NCBI GenBank assembly: GCA_026414325.1 | Contig: JAOAJF010000001.1 | Location: forward strand, 36,090 to 100,089 | DNA length: 64,000 bases | Reading direction: 5' to 3' | From: Candidatus Micrarchaeota archaeon | GTDB taxonomy: Archaea > Micrarchaeota > Micrarchaeia > Anstonellales > Anstonellaceae | Shown here: positions 10,052-21,800 of the stretch, in pieces | Numbering within the stretch: the stretch's first letter is position 1 | Layout: every line of letters begins with the position of its first letter | Translations under genes and position numbers: made by a program | Notes under the pieces: generated by a model | Databases searched by the model: none | What the model was told of the DNA's origin: nothing | Seen by the model: only the letters and a program-made list of their open reading frames with translations

Positions 10052-11269
10052 CTATTCTAAACCTTCCCTATCTTCTATTAAAACCATTTTTTGGTTTTTT
10101 AAATCATCTAATATTGCCTTTCTTATATTTCTTGAAAGGGCTTCTGGAGGAATTACTCCTCTAATTTTAATTTTATCTATATATTTAGAAAAAGTAGCAG
10201 CAGCAATTCCAGTTGGATAAGAAATATATGTAGCTCCAGCAAACTCTTTTGGAATATTTTTTAATGAAGGGTAAACCGCAGTGTATCTAATCTGTAGGGG
10301 CCTATAGTCCTTTATTCCATAAACATCGATGGTGGACGCAAAAACAGAATTTTCTATTGCAGGGCTTGATTCTTTAAGCTCTATCATTTGTTTTGGATTT
10401 GGAACTTCTATATTTAATTTTTTAAATAATTCTATCGGAGCGATGGACGTATTTGCAATTTTTAATTTCTTTTTTGAAAACATACCTAATTGATTTAGAA
10501 TATAAAATAATCTTATATCCTCTCCACTTATTTTATAGTCCACCAGTCTTACGTCTATAAACAGCGGGATAGTACAAACCTCATCTCCTTGTATAGAATA
10601 ACAAATTTTTTTTCCAAACCCAGCTGGATAGTGATATTCTTCCTGCCTAGAAAAAGGCAAATCTTTTTTAAATTGGCCATATTCGTAAAACACTGGCTCG
10701 GCAGTGATCTCTTCTAATGTTAATGTGGCAGACCAGGAAAAAACTAATCTATCAGCTTTATTTTCTTGAATTATTCTAAATTTTATCCATTCTACCTCGT
10801 CAAACATCTCGGAGGCTTCCTTTGCCAACAAATTTGTAACTCCTGGAGAAACACCAGTGTTTATTAAAGCTATCAAATTTTTTTCTTTGAACTCTTGAGA
10901 ATATTTTAATTGATCTGGTTTATAGCCTTCTTCTAGCTCAGAGCACATATCCTGATAATTTGCACCAACTTCTAGCGCAACCCTCATTAAACTTTTATTA
11001 TACTTTGGCAAACTCGCATTTAGTATTAGACTTGCTCCCTTTGCAAATTTTATAATTTGTTTTGGTTTAGAAGCATCTGCTTCCACTAATTTTATTTTAG
11101 GATTTTTTTCATCGATGTACTCGAATGCTTTTTTAATATTATTTGTAATACAAATTATTTGAGTATTTTCCTTTTGTTTTGCCAGAAGCTTTGCAATTAC
11201 TGAGCCAGTTGCACCAACTCCAACAAGAACAATCTTTTTTTGCTTTTTTTCAACAAGGTTTTTCATCAA
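10052..11269 (-). CDS. saccharopine dehydrogenase-like NAD(P)-binding oxidoreductase
   Basis: N-terminal Rossmann motif KIVLVGVGATGSVIAKLL; about 400 aa as in the Sacchrp_dh family. Confidence 0.45.
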   Translation of the reverse strand: MMKNLVEKKQKKIVLVGVGATGSVIAKLLAKQKENTQIICITNNIKKAFEYIDEKNPKIKLVEADASKPKQIIKFAKGASLILNASLPKYNKSLMRVALEVGANYQDMCSELEEGYKPDQLKYSQEFKEKNLIALINTGVSPGVTNLLAKEASEMFDEVEWIKFRIIQENKADRLVFSWSATLTLEEITAEPVFYEYGQFKKDLPFSRQEEYHYPAGFGKKICYSIQGDEVCTIPLFIDVRLVDYKISGEDIRLFYILNQLGMFSKKKLKIANTSIAPIELFKKLNIEVPNPKQMIELKESSPAIENSVFASTIDVYGIKDYRPLQIRYTAVYPSLKNIPKEFAGATYISYPTGIAAATFSKYIDKIKIRGVIPPEALSRNIRKAILDDLKNQKMVLIEDREGLE

Positions 11270-11468
11270 TTTTATTTTGTATATTAAAATTTTTATTTTT
11301 GTGGCTAATTTCAGTCTAAAATAGAAAGCGAAAAATTTAAATATTTCTTAGTGTATATATTATATTGTTAACACCATTATAACTTTCAATTATTGATTAT
11401 TCATAATACCAAAAGTTTATCTTTTATTTTTAGTAAACTTAATATTAACATTTTAGGGGGTGGTTGGA

Positions 11469-11954
11469 ATGAACTGGAGACTAATGGAGCGATTTAGGCA
11501 AATGCAGGAAGAGATGGATAAATTATTCGAAGATTTCTTTAGCAGCGAGAGATTTGGCCCAAGCTTTTTAGCCCTTCCCTCTCCAGAAAAACAACCGCTT
11601 CAGAGATTTCAGCCAGCTAGATTCTTGAAGGCCTATGCAGATCTATATGAAACAGACAAAGAAGTAATTGCTCAATTTGACTTACCTGGTTTTGACAAAA
11701 ACGACATTGATATAAAAATCTCTGATAACAACCTAACAGTTAAGGTAGAGAAAAAAGCACAAAAAGAGGAAAAAGCCAAAGGTTACTATCTCTCTGAAAG
11801 AAGCTACGCTGGATTTTATCGTTGCATCAGCTTACCACCTTATCTAAAACCAGATCAGGCAAAAGCAGAATACAAAAACGGAGTCCTAACAATTAGCATT
11901 CCAAAGGATGAGAAAAAACTTAAAGAAAACGAAATAAAAATAAAAGTTTACTAA
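11469..11954 (+). CDS. hsp20: small heat shock protein, Hsp20/alpha-crystallin family
   Basis: alpha-crystallin domain with C-terminal NGVLTISIPK; start refined to ATG 11469 preceded by GGGGG RBS-like element (track ORF begins at GTG 11460). Confidence 0.8.
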   Translation: MNWRLMERFRQMQEEMDKLFEDFFSSERFGPSFLALPSPEKQPLQRFQPARFLKAYADLYETDKEVIAQFDLPGFDKNDIDIKISDNNLTVKVEKKAQKEEKAKGYYLSERSYAGFYRCISLPPYLKPDQAKAEYKNGVLTISIPKDEKKLKENEIKIKVY

Positions 11955-12025
11955 AACTTTCCCCTTCTTTTCTACTTTTTTTCTTTTTATGAGTTCATCA
12001 AGTAGGTATTTTTACTAAGCAAATT

Positions 12026-13210
12026 CTATTTACCTTTTAGATATTCTATTCCAACCAAGGTTCCTGAAGTTAAATATTCAATAAAGGCCTTTCCAGAAAG
12101 CGAAATATAGCCAAACTTTTCTTTTTTTAACTTTAATTTTTCTATTGCATCTGCACTATTTCCTCCACCAACCAAAGAAAATGCCTTTGATTTTGTAATC
12201 GCTTCTAAAACTTTTTTAGTACCCTTTTCAAATCCCTTCTTTTCGTATACTCCCATCGGGCCATTAAAAATTATTTTTTTTGCTTTTGCAATTATGTGCG
12301 AAAATTTTTTTGCAGTTTTTGGCCCAATATCGTATATTTCTTGCTCTATCTCTTTTTCTACATCAACAACCTTTGTTTTGGCTTTAGTTTTTATTACAAC
12401 ATCTTCTGGTAAAATTATTTTTGCAAAATGTTTTTCTATTAGCTCCTTTAGTGTCTGGCCAATTTCTTCTTCTCCTTCGATCTTTTGTTTTATTTTTTTT
12501 CCCATTGCCTTTAGTGCAACAACAGCAAACAAACCTCCAATTAAAATATAATCTGCCTTGTTGTTTTCTAACCAATATTTTAAAATCCCAGTAGAGTCTT
12601 TGATTTTTGCACCGCCTAAAATTAAAACAACTGGTCTATCCTGTTCATTAAATTTTTGTAAGGCAGAAAGCTCTCTTTCTAAAACTGGCCCAGCAACTTT
12701 AATTGGTTTTTTAAACCCAACTACTGAGGCATGTGCTCTATGTGCAACAGAGAGAGCATCTAAAACAAATACATCACAAAATGGTTCTAATTTATCTATA
12801 AGCTCGCACTTATTTGTTTTTTCATATTCTGTTTCGCAATCTAAAAACCTTGTGTTTTCTAAAAGTAAAATTTGGCCACTTTCAAGAGTTTTAATTTTTT
12901 CGATAGCTTTTTCACCACAAATATCAGCAACAAACTCAACTCTTAATTTTTTGTTTATTTTTTTTACCTCTCTATCTAAAATTTTAGCATGCTCAGCCAG
13001 ACTTGTAAAGTCTTTATCACCCTTTCTTCCCTGATGAGCTAAAATAACAACCTTTGCTTCTTTTAAGGCAAGCTGAGCAATGGTTTTTGCATGTTCCACT
13101 ATTCTTGGAGAGCAAACAGGCTTGTTATTTTTTATAGTGGTGTTTAAATCAGCTCTCAAAAAAACAGTCTTATCTTTTAGCTCTACTTTATCAATTGTTA
13201 GGTATTCCAT
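12026..13210 (-). CDS. pgk: phosphoglycerate kinase, archaeal type
   Basis: VFLRADLN and VVILAHQGRKGDKDFTSLAEHA match archaeal PGK N-domain; start refined to ATG 13210 (MEYLTIDK). Confidence 0.85.
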   Translation of the reverse strand: MEYLTIDKVELKDKTVFLRADLNTTIKNNKPVCSPRIVEHAKTIAQLALKEAKVVILAHQGRKGDKDFTSLAEHAKILDREVKKINKKLRVEFVADICGEKAIEKIKTLESGQILLLENTRFLDCETEYEKTNKCELIDKLEPFCDVFVLDALSVAHRAHASVVGFKKPIKVAGPVLERELSALQKFNEQDRPVVLILGGAKIKDSTGILKYWLENNKADYILIGGLFAVVALKAMGKKIKQKIEGEEEIGQTLKELIEKHFAKIILPEDVVIKTKAKTKVVDVEKEIEQEIYDIGPKTAKKFSHIIAKAKKIIFNGPMGVYEKKGFEKGTKKVLEAITKSKAFSLVGGGNSADAIEKLKLKKEKFGYISLSGKAFIEYLTSGTLVGIEYLKGK

Positions 13211-13269
13211 AATTTTGAAAACACAAAATAGTTTATTAAATTTTTTGTAAAAATAAAATTGGTGAGAAA

Positions 13270-14271
13270 ATGAATTTAGCAATAAATGGTTTTGGTAGAA
13301 TAGGGCGAGTAATTCTTAGAGCAGCACTTGAAAGAAAGCTTTTAGGAAAAAAATTAGATATTGTTGCAGTAAACAATCCTTCTGGAGCACAAACTGCTGC
13401 CCAGCTTTTAAAATATGATTCTACTTATGGAATTCTGCAAAACAAATTAGAATATGGCCAGGATTATATTTCTATAGATGGTTATAAAATAAACGTTGTT
13501 ACTGATAAAGAGCCACTTAATCTACCTTGGAAAAAATTAGGTGTAGATGTTGTTTTAGAATGCACAGGTGCTTTTACAGATAGAGAAGGAGCTGAAAAAC
13601 ACCTAAAAGCAGGAGCAAAAAAAGTAATTATTTCTGCACCAGCTAAAGAAAATGGAGCTGACATCACAATTGTTATGGGGGTAAACGATGAGCAATATGA
13701 CAAAAAAAAGCATCATATTATTTCAAATGCCTCTTGTACAACTAATTCATTAGCACCAGTTCTAAAAGTATTAGATGAAAATTTTGAAATTATAAATGGT
13801 TTTATGACTACCACTCATGCTTATACTAACGATCAGAGAATATTGGATGGAGAGCACAAAGATTTAAGGAGAGCAAGGAGTGCAGCAGTTAATATTATTC
13901 CAACAAAAACAGGTGCTGCTTCTGCAATTGGAGAGGTTCTACCAAATTTGGCAGGAAAGATGGATGGTGTTGCTTTACGTGTTCCAGTTCCTTGGGGTTC
14001 TATTACTGACATTACAGTTACTGTGAATAAAAAGGCAACAAAAGAGCAAGTAAATTCAGCTTTAGAAAAAGCTGCAGCAGGAAAATTAAAAGGCATTTTA
14101 CAATTTACAACAGACCCAATAGTATCTAGTGATATTATAAAAAATCCACATTCAGCAATAGTGGATGGGCAGCTAACAAAGACAATTGACAATTTAGTAA
14201 AAGTCTTTTCTTGGTATGATAATGAATGGGGTTACTCAAATAGAATGTTGGACTTGGCATTAAGGGTTTAA
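13270..14271 (+). CDS. gap: glyceraldehyde-3-phosphate dehydrogenase, type I (bacterial/eukaryotic-like)
   Basis: INGFGRIGR NAD-binding motif, active-site SNASCTTNSLAP, C-terminal WYDNEWGYSNR; 333 aa. Confidence 0.9.
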   Translation: MNLAINGFGRIGRVILRAALERKLLGKKLDIVAVNNPSGAQTAAQLLKYDSTYGILQNKLEYGQDYISIDGYKINVVTDKEPLNLPWKKLGVDVVLECTGAFTDREGAEKHLKAGAKKVIISAPAKENGADITIVMGVNDEQYDKKKHHIISNASCTTNSLAPVLKVLDENFEIINGFMTTTHAYTNDQRILDGEHKDLRRARSAAVNIIPTKTGAASAIGEVLPNLAGKMDGVALRVPVPWGSITDITVTVNKKATKEQVNSALEKAAAGKLKGILQFTTDPIVSSDIIKNPHSAIVDGQLTKTIDNLVKVFSWYDNEWGYSNRMLDLALRV

Positions 14272-14303
14272 AATTTAAAAATTTTATTGGATTTAATCCT
14301 TAT

Positions 14304-17300
14304 ATGTTTCAAATTACCAAAAAATTTGAAGATAAAAAAGCTAGTTTTGATCCAAACCTAGCAAAACAAAATTTTCACTATTCTGATACTATTGTAAATA
14401 CCATGAATTCTTTATTAACAAATTTTCATTTTCCAATACCTCTCTCTATTAGTTTTGAACAAACACAAACTTATCAAGAAGATAAGTGGCAAAATTTAGA
14501 GGTAAAAACTTTTCAGAAGACCTCCATCTTTAACAACCAATTTGAAGAGCATGTTACGCATTTTTATCCTTATCAAAGAAAAGTTGGTCATATAGGAAAC
14601 TATATTGTAGGGCAAAGTCCAATCTACTCGTTTAGGCCAATTGCAGAAAAATTCGAAGTGGAACAAAAACATCAACAAACAATACAAAGCAACATTCAAG
14701 AAATTTCTAAATCTTTAAGTAATGGAATTCTGGGGATTTTTAATCTTGCTGGTCTTTTTAGTTATTCCCCATTAGCGGTAGTTTCTATTTTAACAAAGTT
14801 AAAAGATGTTTTAGAAGATCAAAGATTTTATACAGATATCAAATCTGTGCAACATCTTATAAATAAAACTAAAGATCAAATAAAAAAGATAAATAGCAGC
14901 CTGCCTGATTCTGAGCGTTTAAGCACTCAAGAGTTAGAAGGATGGTTTAAAAACTTTGATTTATTGTTTGTTTCTTCTGATGTTGTTTTTTTTGTTTCTC
15001 CAGAAGCTGTACCGCTTTCAAAACAAGATGCTTATGTCTATGCTGAAAAGGCAATGGAAAAAAATAAAAAATTAGGTGAAAATTTATGTAAAAATTTTAT
15101 TTTTTCTATTGATTCTAACAATAATCAAAAAACCTATTATAATGTATGGGGAATAGATAAATCCCCTGAAGGTAGTTGGGTTCTCTCTCAGGAAGATGTT
15201 TCCAATGCTGTCGAGATGCTAAAAACAATACACCTCTCACTTAATTTATTTTTAAGCAACTTACAAAACTTTTTAAATTACATGTCAACTACTAAAGACC
15301 CTCCATATATTTTAAAATTTTTATATAATTCATACCAAAATCTCCTAAAATCTTGTCCTGCTATTGGTATTGATCCAATTGATGGTATAAAACAAATCGA
15401 CAATGAAATAAATGTTATACTCTCAGATTTAAACTCTGCTGATCCAAACAAGCGTCTTCAAGGTTTTGAGAACTTCCAATTACTTTTAAAAAAGGTTTCA
15501 GTTTCTAAATTAAATTCCACCAGTCTCCACAAAGAATTGAATTTAACTAAATCCAATATTCCTTTTTATTCTTTTCTTAATGATTTTTTCAGTATTGTGG
15601 GGAGAAATATTCTATTTATTCCCTCTGAAACCTCAAAGAAAATAATGGAACTATCTGTAAACTATATTGGTACTGACCTAAAGTTGAACCAAGGTGGAAA
15701 CACCCCACTTGATATAACTGGTTTTTTTGCTTCTACTTTTAATGTTACTGTTACCTCTTCTTTAAAAGATTTTACTTTTAATTCAAAATATATTTCTTCC
15801 TATATAAAAAGTGCTTTTGAAGAAGTCAATCCAGGCTATAAAATAGAAGTTCAAGAGCAAAAGTCCGGAGTATTTTTAGTAAAAGTAACTGGAAATATTC
15901 AAACATCTATGGCTACTCCTAATCCTCTAAAACAAATTGTAGAAGTATCCTGCCCAGCAACATTTTCTCCGGAGGTAAAAAAGAAAGAAAAATTACCTGT
16001 TTATCAGTTAAATTATGAAAACATACATCGTATTTTTACAGGTGAAAATCCCCCAACGCAAAAAGTTCCATATCCTTTGAGTGTTGATCTTTTTTCAAAT
16101 TCTTCTGTTATTACCACTTCAGATAACATTATTTTGTCTGGAAAAACCTTTTTTGTCCCACCCTATGAATACAGGAAAATAATGGCTGAGGTTTGTAAAG
16201 AGTTGCTTGAAAGAGTTGGTATTAATATAGCATTTAATGATATATTTTTATCCACATTCGCTACAAATGGAAATTTTGAAAGGCAGTATGTTGAGGCTTA
16301 TTCAAAATTTTGTAAGGACAACGATAAAACTCCTACTCCTGAAGGTTATCAAGATTTCGTTGCAGAGTTTCTCTTTGAATATATCAAAAGGACAGTAACT
16401 GCTTATTATTTTTTAAAACATCTAGATAAAAATCAATACGATTCTCTTTTAGCCGAATTAGATAAATTATTTCCTCCTACAGAAATTATGGAAGAAAAGA
16501 CATTACCAAACGGAGAAAAAATTAAGGCAATAAAAATAGTTAGAAGTTTTGATGAGAACGTTCAAAATGACCTTTTAAGACTTCAATATCGCTATCAATT
16601 TTCTATAGCATACTTTTCTTATATACTTGACCCTTCTAATCCTTTAAATCTAACAGAAGAACAAAAAGCTCAATATATCAAAGATTTTGAAAAAGAAGCA
16701 GAAACATATTATCAAGGATTAAAAAAATTTATATCTAATAAATCAAGCGCTATTCTTTCTTACGAATTTTATCACACTTTAGATGAGTTAGCAAGTTATG
16801 GTATTTCAAATGCCAATCTCGGTGTAAAATTTAGTCTTGGACATAAAAAACAATTTGAATTTTTATTAGGTTTTTCCTTTTTAGGCCCACTTCTTAGTTT
16901 CATTCAAGGAAAAAAACTTGAATATGGTGACCTGCCGGATGTTATACCTTATGGAGGTAATTTTTTAAACGAAGCTATAGGTGTTGGTGTAACTAAGCCA
17001 GCAATTGGCTTTGAAGCAAGATGGAATGAAGAATTTTCAACACCACTACCTATAGATTTTACTATTGTAAATAATCTAAGCTTATCTGCTACTTATTTTT
17101 TAAATTCACAAACCAAGTTTAACAAAAATGACGCCATTATTCAAAAATGTTATGAAATATGGGATACTTATAAGAATTTTGTCTCTTTGCTTATTACTTA
17201 TCCTAAAAAAGAAGAGCTTTTTATAACTGCTTCAGTTGAGCAGCAGCAACAAAAGATTATTCTAAATAATCTTCGTTATGATTTACTCAGAAAATTAGCG

Positions 17301-18836
17301 GAGTTGGAAGAGCTCCTACCTCCAGAAGCTGAAAGATTGAAAAAACTTGTCAATGACGCAAAAAAAACTATGTCAGATGACGGATTTTTAGAGTTAGCCA
17401 ATTATTCTAAAACCGACAAAGACAAAAAAGGTATTTTTGAGGATCTAACTGTGGATGATATTCTCTTTTGCATTCCTTCACTGGATTTTCGTATGTCAAA
17501 TCTATTTGAAAATACTGCTGATCAAGATGGGATATTCTTTTCCTTTTTTAGTGGCAAACAATTTTCTCCTGCTGGGATATCTCTAGGTAATTACCATTCA
17601 CCAACAGATTATGGTTTAATGTTTTTACAAGAACAATATCTTTTTTTCGCATCTCTAAAAAACAAAACGGTTCTTACAAGCGACATAGTCTTAAAAGAAG
17701 GAAATAACTATAGCTTAAATTTTTCGCCATCTATCGAGTCAAATATCTATCTAAATGCACTTTTAGTCAAAACTTTATTTACTGTTCTTCAAAAATCCTC
17801 AGACGACCAAACAGAAATAGATAAAATAAAGGAACAAAAAGCATTTAACTTTCTTTCATCGTTTATAAAAACCTCGTTAGTATTTAATCTTGCTTTAAAA
17901 TCCTTGCTTTCTTATTCTTCACATATTAATGTTTTTGGACAGCCTGTAACATTCAATCCATATCTAAACATTCTATCTCAATTTTTTGGAGTAATAAACG
18001 AGTCTGATGCATTTTTTGGCAAACGAAAATTATTTGGGGAATTAGGAAACAAAATAATTCTTAATAATTTCATTCTTGGCCAATCTGTTTTTATTGAATA
18101 TCCTTTTGCTTATGGTGGTTCCCTTTCTTTACAATATGAGCAGGAAAATATAAAAGTAGATGTGAATGCTATATTGAGAAGAGATCAAATTAACCAGAAT
18201 CAAAATCTCACCTATCCTCGTATCTATGTTAAAATTGAGATTCCATTATTTAAGCCAAAAAAAAACGAATTAGAAAGTAGTTTAGAAACAGAATCAGAAC
18301 CTTCTAGAGCTTATTCTACTTATGAAAACAATCAAAAACAAAAAGAAGAAAAAGAACAACTAAATCAGTTAAAAAGAGAGTTAAAAAATTTCCAAAAAGA
18401 AGAAAATGTCTGGGAAATTCATGGCAGAACATTTAATGATATTCATAAAGCATATTCCTTTTATTTAGAGGTAAAAGGTTTAGACGAGTTTTTAGCTTTC
18501 ATAAAAAATACCCCTACTCACCCCCTTCATTCTATTATATTTAAAGAGCTAAATTTTGAAGAAAGACCAAATGCGCCCACCATCTTTAAGAGTTATTCTA
18601 AAACTAATGAAGCTATTAGAACCCTATATACTGCCGAGGAGGTATTGGATTTTGTATATGATTATCTAGCAGATGAAGCTGAAAGAATCCCATCTTTTTC
18701 ATCTTTAAGTCCAGGAGAAAAACTAGCTGAAATATATAAAACAAAAAAATATTTAGAACTATTTTTTAACCAACTAAAAGAAAATGATGTGGCTACAATT
18801 ACTAACAAAAATTTAAAGACCCCATCAAAAAACTAA
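14304..18836 (+). CDS. giant hypothetical protein (1510 aa), first gene of co-directional cluster
   Basis: uninterrupted 4.5-kb ORF, no recognisable catalytic motif, no signal peptide; contains Gly/aromatic-rich beta-strand-like segments. Confidence 0.5.
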   Translation: MFQITKKFEDKKASFDPNLAKQNFHYSDTIVNTMNSLLTNFHFPIPLSISFEQTQTYQEDKWQNLEVKTFQKTSIFNNQFEEHVTHFYPYQRKVGHIGNYIVGQSPIYSFRPIAEKFEVEQKHQQTIQSNIQEISKSLSNGILGIFNLAGLFSYSPLAVVSILTKLKDVLEDQRFYTDIKSVQHLINKTKDQIKKINSSLPDSERLSTQELEGWFKNFDLLFVSSDVVFFVSPEAVPLSKQDAYVYAEKAMEKNKKLGENLCKNFIFSIDSNNNQKTYYNVWGIDKSPEGSWVLSQEDVSNAVEMLKTIHLSLNLFLSNLQNFLNYMSTTKDPPYILKFLYNSYQNLLKSCPAIGIDPIDGIKQIDNEINVILSDLNSADPNKRLQGFENFQLLLKKVSVSKLNSTSLHKELNLTKSNIPFYSFLNDFFSIVGRNILFIPSETSKKIMELSVNYIGTDLKLNQGGNTPLDITGFFASTFNVTVTSSLKDFTFNSKYISSYIKSAFEEVNPGYKIEVQEQKSGVFLVKVTGNIQTSMATPNPLKQIVEVSCPATFSPEVKKKEKLPVYQLNYENIHRIFTGENPPTQKVPYPLSVDLFSNSSVITTSDNIILSGKTFFVPPYEYRKIMAEVCKELLERVGINIAFNDIFLSTFATNGNFERQYVEAYSKFCKDNDKTPTPEGYQDFVAEFLFEYIKRTVTAYYFLKHLDKNQYDSLLAELDKLFPPTEIMEEKTLPNGEKIKAIKIVRSFDENVQNDLLRLQYRYQFSIAYFSYILDPSNPLNLTEEQKAQYIKDFEKEAETYYQGLKKFISNKSSAILSYEFYHTLDELASYGISNANLGVKFSLGHKKQFEFLLGFSFLGPLLSFIQGKKLEYGDLPDVIPYGGNFLNEAIGVGVTKPAIGFEARWNEEFSTPLPIDFTIVNNLSLSATYFLNSQTKFNKNDAIIQKCYEIWDTYKNFVSLLITYPKKEELFITASVEQQQQKIILNNLRYDLLRKLAELEELLPPEAERLKKLVNDAKKTMSDDGFLELANYSKTDKDKKGIFEDLTVDDILFCIPSLDFRMSNLFENTADQDGIFFSFFSGKQFSPAGISLGNYHSPTDYGLMFLQEQYLFFASLKNKTVLTSDIVLKEGNNYSLNFSPSIESNIYLNALLVKTLFTVLQKSSDDQTEIDKIKEQKAFNFLSSFIKTSLVFNLALKSLLSYSSHINVFGQPVTFNPYLNILSQFFGVINESDAFFGKRKLFGELGNKIILNNFILGQSVFIEYPFAYGGSLSLQYEQENIKVDVNAILRRDQINQNQNLTYPRIYVKIEIPLFKPKKNELESSLETESEPSRAYSTYENNQKQKEEKEQLNQLKRELKNFQKEENVWEIHGRTFNDIHKAYSFYLEVKGLDEFLAFIKNTPTHPLHSIIFKELNFEERPNAPTIFKSYSKTNEAIRTLYTAEEVLDFVYDYLADEAERIPSFSSLSPGEKLAEIYKTKKYLELFFNQLKENDVATITNKNLKTPSKN

Positions 18837-18870
18837 AAAATTTATATATTTTATCTTTATTATTATAGTT

Positions 18871-21800
18871 ATGTTTTTCTCTTTCCAACAAATGCCACAA
18901 TCAACTAAGACCCCACAACAACAGCTAATTCAAACTGTTTTTATTGATTTTAATTCAACACAGAATTTTCTCTCAGATCTTAAAAACGCAAAGGATAAAA
19001 TAATGTTTCTACTAGAGAACTTTTCTCATCCTATTTCATTCTATCTTCAGGATCTTTTAAAAAATCGCTCTAAATATCTTACTTTAGATCCAAATTCTAG
19101 AGCATCGATTTTCTTTTATACCAACTTTGATGGTATTAATCAAACGACTTTCGAATTCCGTCCTGACTTAAAAAAAGACTTTCAAAACCTCGTTCTTATC
19201 CAATTACTATGTAATCCAGCTAGCGTAACTAAAGAAATTTTTAATATTGCTTTTAATAATGAACCTTTCGATCAAACAAAAGTAATTGATTTTATTAATC
19301 GGTATAAAGAAGATATAGATTCTATCCAGAGAAAATTTAATTCATTAGGTCTGCCTATTTTCTTTGGTGAAAAAGCTAGCTTTTATGAAGTTTATAGCAA
19401 TCCAAAAAATTTTTATTATATGTTTCATGAGTTTGGTTCTGAAGGTTATACTTCAGAAAGGCAAAAATTTCAACATTTTTTTCCAGGAGCAAAATATCTT
19501 CATTGGGCTGCAGATCAGATTGTAACTTCAATCAAGTTTTTAGTTGATAACAGAATATTACCTAGCTCAATGTCTGTTTCAATCAATCAGAATTGGGAGC
19601 AATTTTCTAAAGAGCTGCAAAAGTATCTTCAAGATAATTTTGGTATTGATATTTCAGATTTTTTAATTTCATATCCTAATTTTGAAGCACCCAGAGATTT
19701 ATATACATCTTTTCTAAAATCCTCTGATTCGTCTAATAAAGTTTCTAAGTTACTTGACAAATTACAAAACGAGTATGATGTACCAAATACTAAAAATCAG
19801 TCAATTTTAAATAAAAAGTTAAATGATATTAAAAATAGTCTCCACAAGAATTCATTAGATGAAAATACAAGTTTTTTATTTAATTTTTTTGGAGCTGCCG
19901 GTTGTTCTTACTGGCTTTCATCCCTAATTGCTCTTGTTTTTTTTGATCAAGTAGAAACAGGAAAAGATGGTCCTTTTAAGTTTGACAAAGGAGGAAGAGA
20001 ACAATGGAGAAATTATTTTTCTATTTATAATGGGATGTTTTACAATAAAGATGGTTCAATAAATTATGATAAAATAGATAATCTTCTGACAACTGATTTT
20101 ATTAAGGATGATAAAAAACTAAATATTATAAAACAAAAAAGAGATCACCATGAAAAATTGACTATAGAAGAAATTAACTATCTTTCTTCCGAGCTTATGA
20201 AATCTCTCTTTACTTTTTCAATATTCTCTTTTGCTTCTGGAGAAAACATTTTAGAAGCTGATTCTATCTCCTATTTATCTGTCTTTAAAGATTTTATAAT
20301 GAAAAACTTAGAAATTTTGACCTTACTTAAAATAAAACTAAATACAAATAGCGTTGAAAAAGTTAAAGACTCTTTCTCAAAAATTTTAAAATATGGTTTT
20401 TTTGGGGCGAATGTATCTTATGTAGTATGTGATGTGGATTATAATCCATTTTCACCTTATGGTGAGTTAAAGTATTATCCAGAAGCAGAAGAGTGGTACT
20501 CATTTTCAGAATTTGCAAAAGACGTTTCAATTTATGCAGATAAAAATAATAATCCAACTCTTAAAAAAGAGCTTATTCAACAAGGTTTTGTCAACTACCT
20601 TCCTGATGATGTTCTTCCAACAAAAGAGGATCAACAAAATAAGAAAATAAAAGTTGGTTGGGTAGATCAACAAGGTACTGTGCATTTTGGAGATGGCTCT
20701 ACAAAAGTTTCAGACATAATACAAAAAGGAGGAAAAATAGTGTATTTTTTAGAAAAGTCTGATTTATCCTTTATAAAAAAACAATTTTTTAGTCAGGATG
20801 GAGCTTACAAAACTGTTGGGGACTTGTTAATGAAAAAACATAGGCGTTTATCTGTAGCAGGTAATGGTTCTACTTACTCACTCTATACTTATAATTATAA
20901 TGAAAACAATCAAAATCAACCAATATCTATATATAAAGAAACTAAAAAATATTGTATAAATCCATTAGATGAAAACCCTTCATTGAAGTCTGTTATTGTA
21001 TCCAATAAAACACAAATTCCTAATTTTTATAGTTATATAGTTACAGAAGATGGCCAATCTTCTACTATTTCTAATTTTAAAGATTTTACTACCGAGGAAC
21101 CACCTCTTGACATTTCTTCTTCTGGTAATAAAATTATTTATATTCTTAAAGGTGTAACGCCAGCTTATGTTGCTCCCAACCCTTTTGATCCTATCGATAA
21201 TATACCTGCAATTCATCAAAATCCACCGAACATTTTTTCTGGAGTATTCAAAGACCCGTTAAAAGATCGTTATTTTGTAGTTACTGGTTATAAAAAATCT
21301 CAAACCACAACTGAGATAAGCGCATCTGTGGAGGCATCTACTTCTTCTACAATAGTCTCGAGAGGAGAAAATAAAGCTACGACATTTAACAATAAGAGTT
21401 CTATCAATCTCAACATTTCATTCCCATTCTCCATTTCATCAATAGAGTCAATCGAACAAAATATCTCTATTGTTAGGTTAATAATTAAAAAAAGTGATAA
21501 CAAATTATACTTATACAACCCTAATAAAACTGATAACAACTTGGCTAAATTATATAACGAAAATGGTGAGGCAGTTTCTCTTGAAATGCTAGATAACCTA
21601 CTAAAAAATTATGGTGTTGGGTCTATTGATTTGTATGAAGACCCAAAGGCGCAAAAAAAACTTTTTTCTATTACTTTTAATCCAGACAAATTGGATTTTT
21701 CAATTATAGCGGAAGAAGAGACTAATAATAGCATTCGAAATTATGCATATACACATACTACTGATCCTTCTAAGCCTGGTTTTTCCATTAAAAAATCTCC

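Noticed and set aside
12294-13034. ORFs 12294-12551 (+), 12384-12575 (-) and 12558-13034 (+)
   Set aside because: Nested inside or antisense to pgk, which has clear conserved motifs; compositionally aberrant (Cys/Arg-rich or Ser/Phe-rich).
13482-14192. Minus-strand ORFs within gap (13482-13703, 13833-14192)
   Set aside because: Antisense to a strongly supported GAPDH gene.
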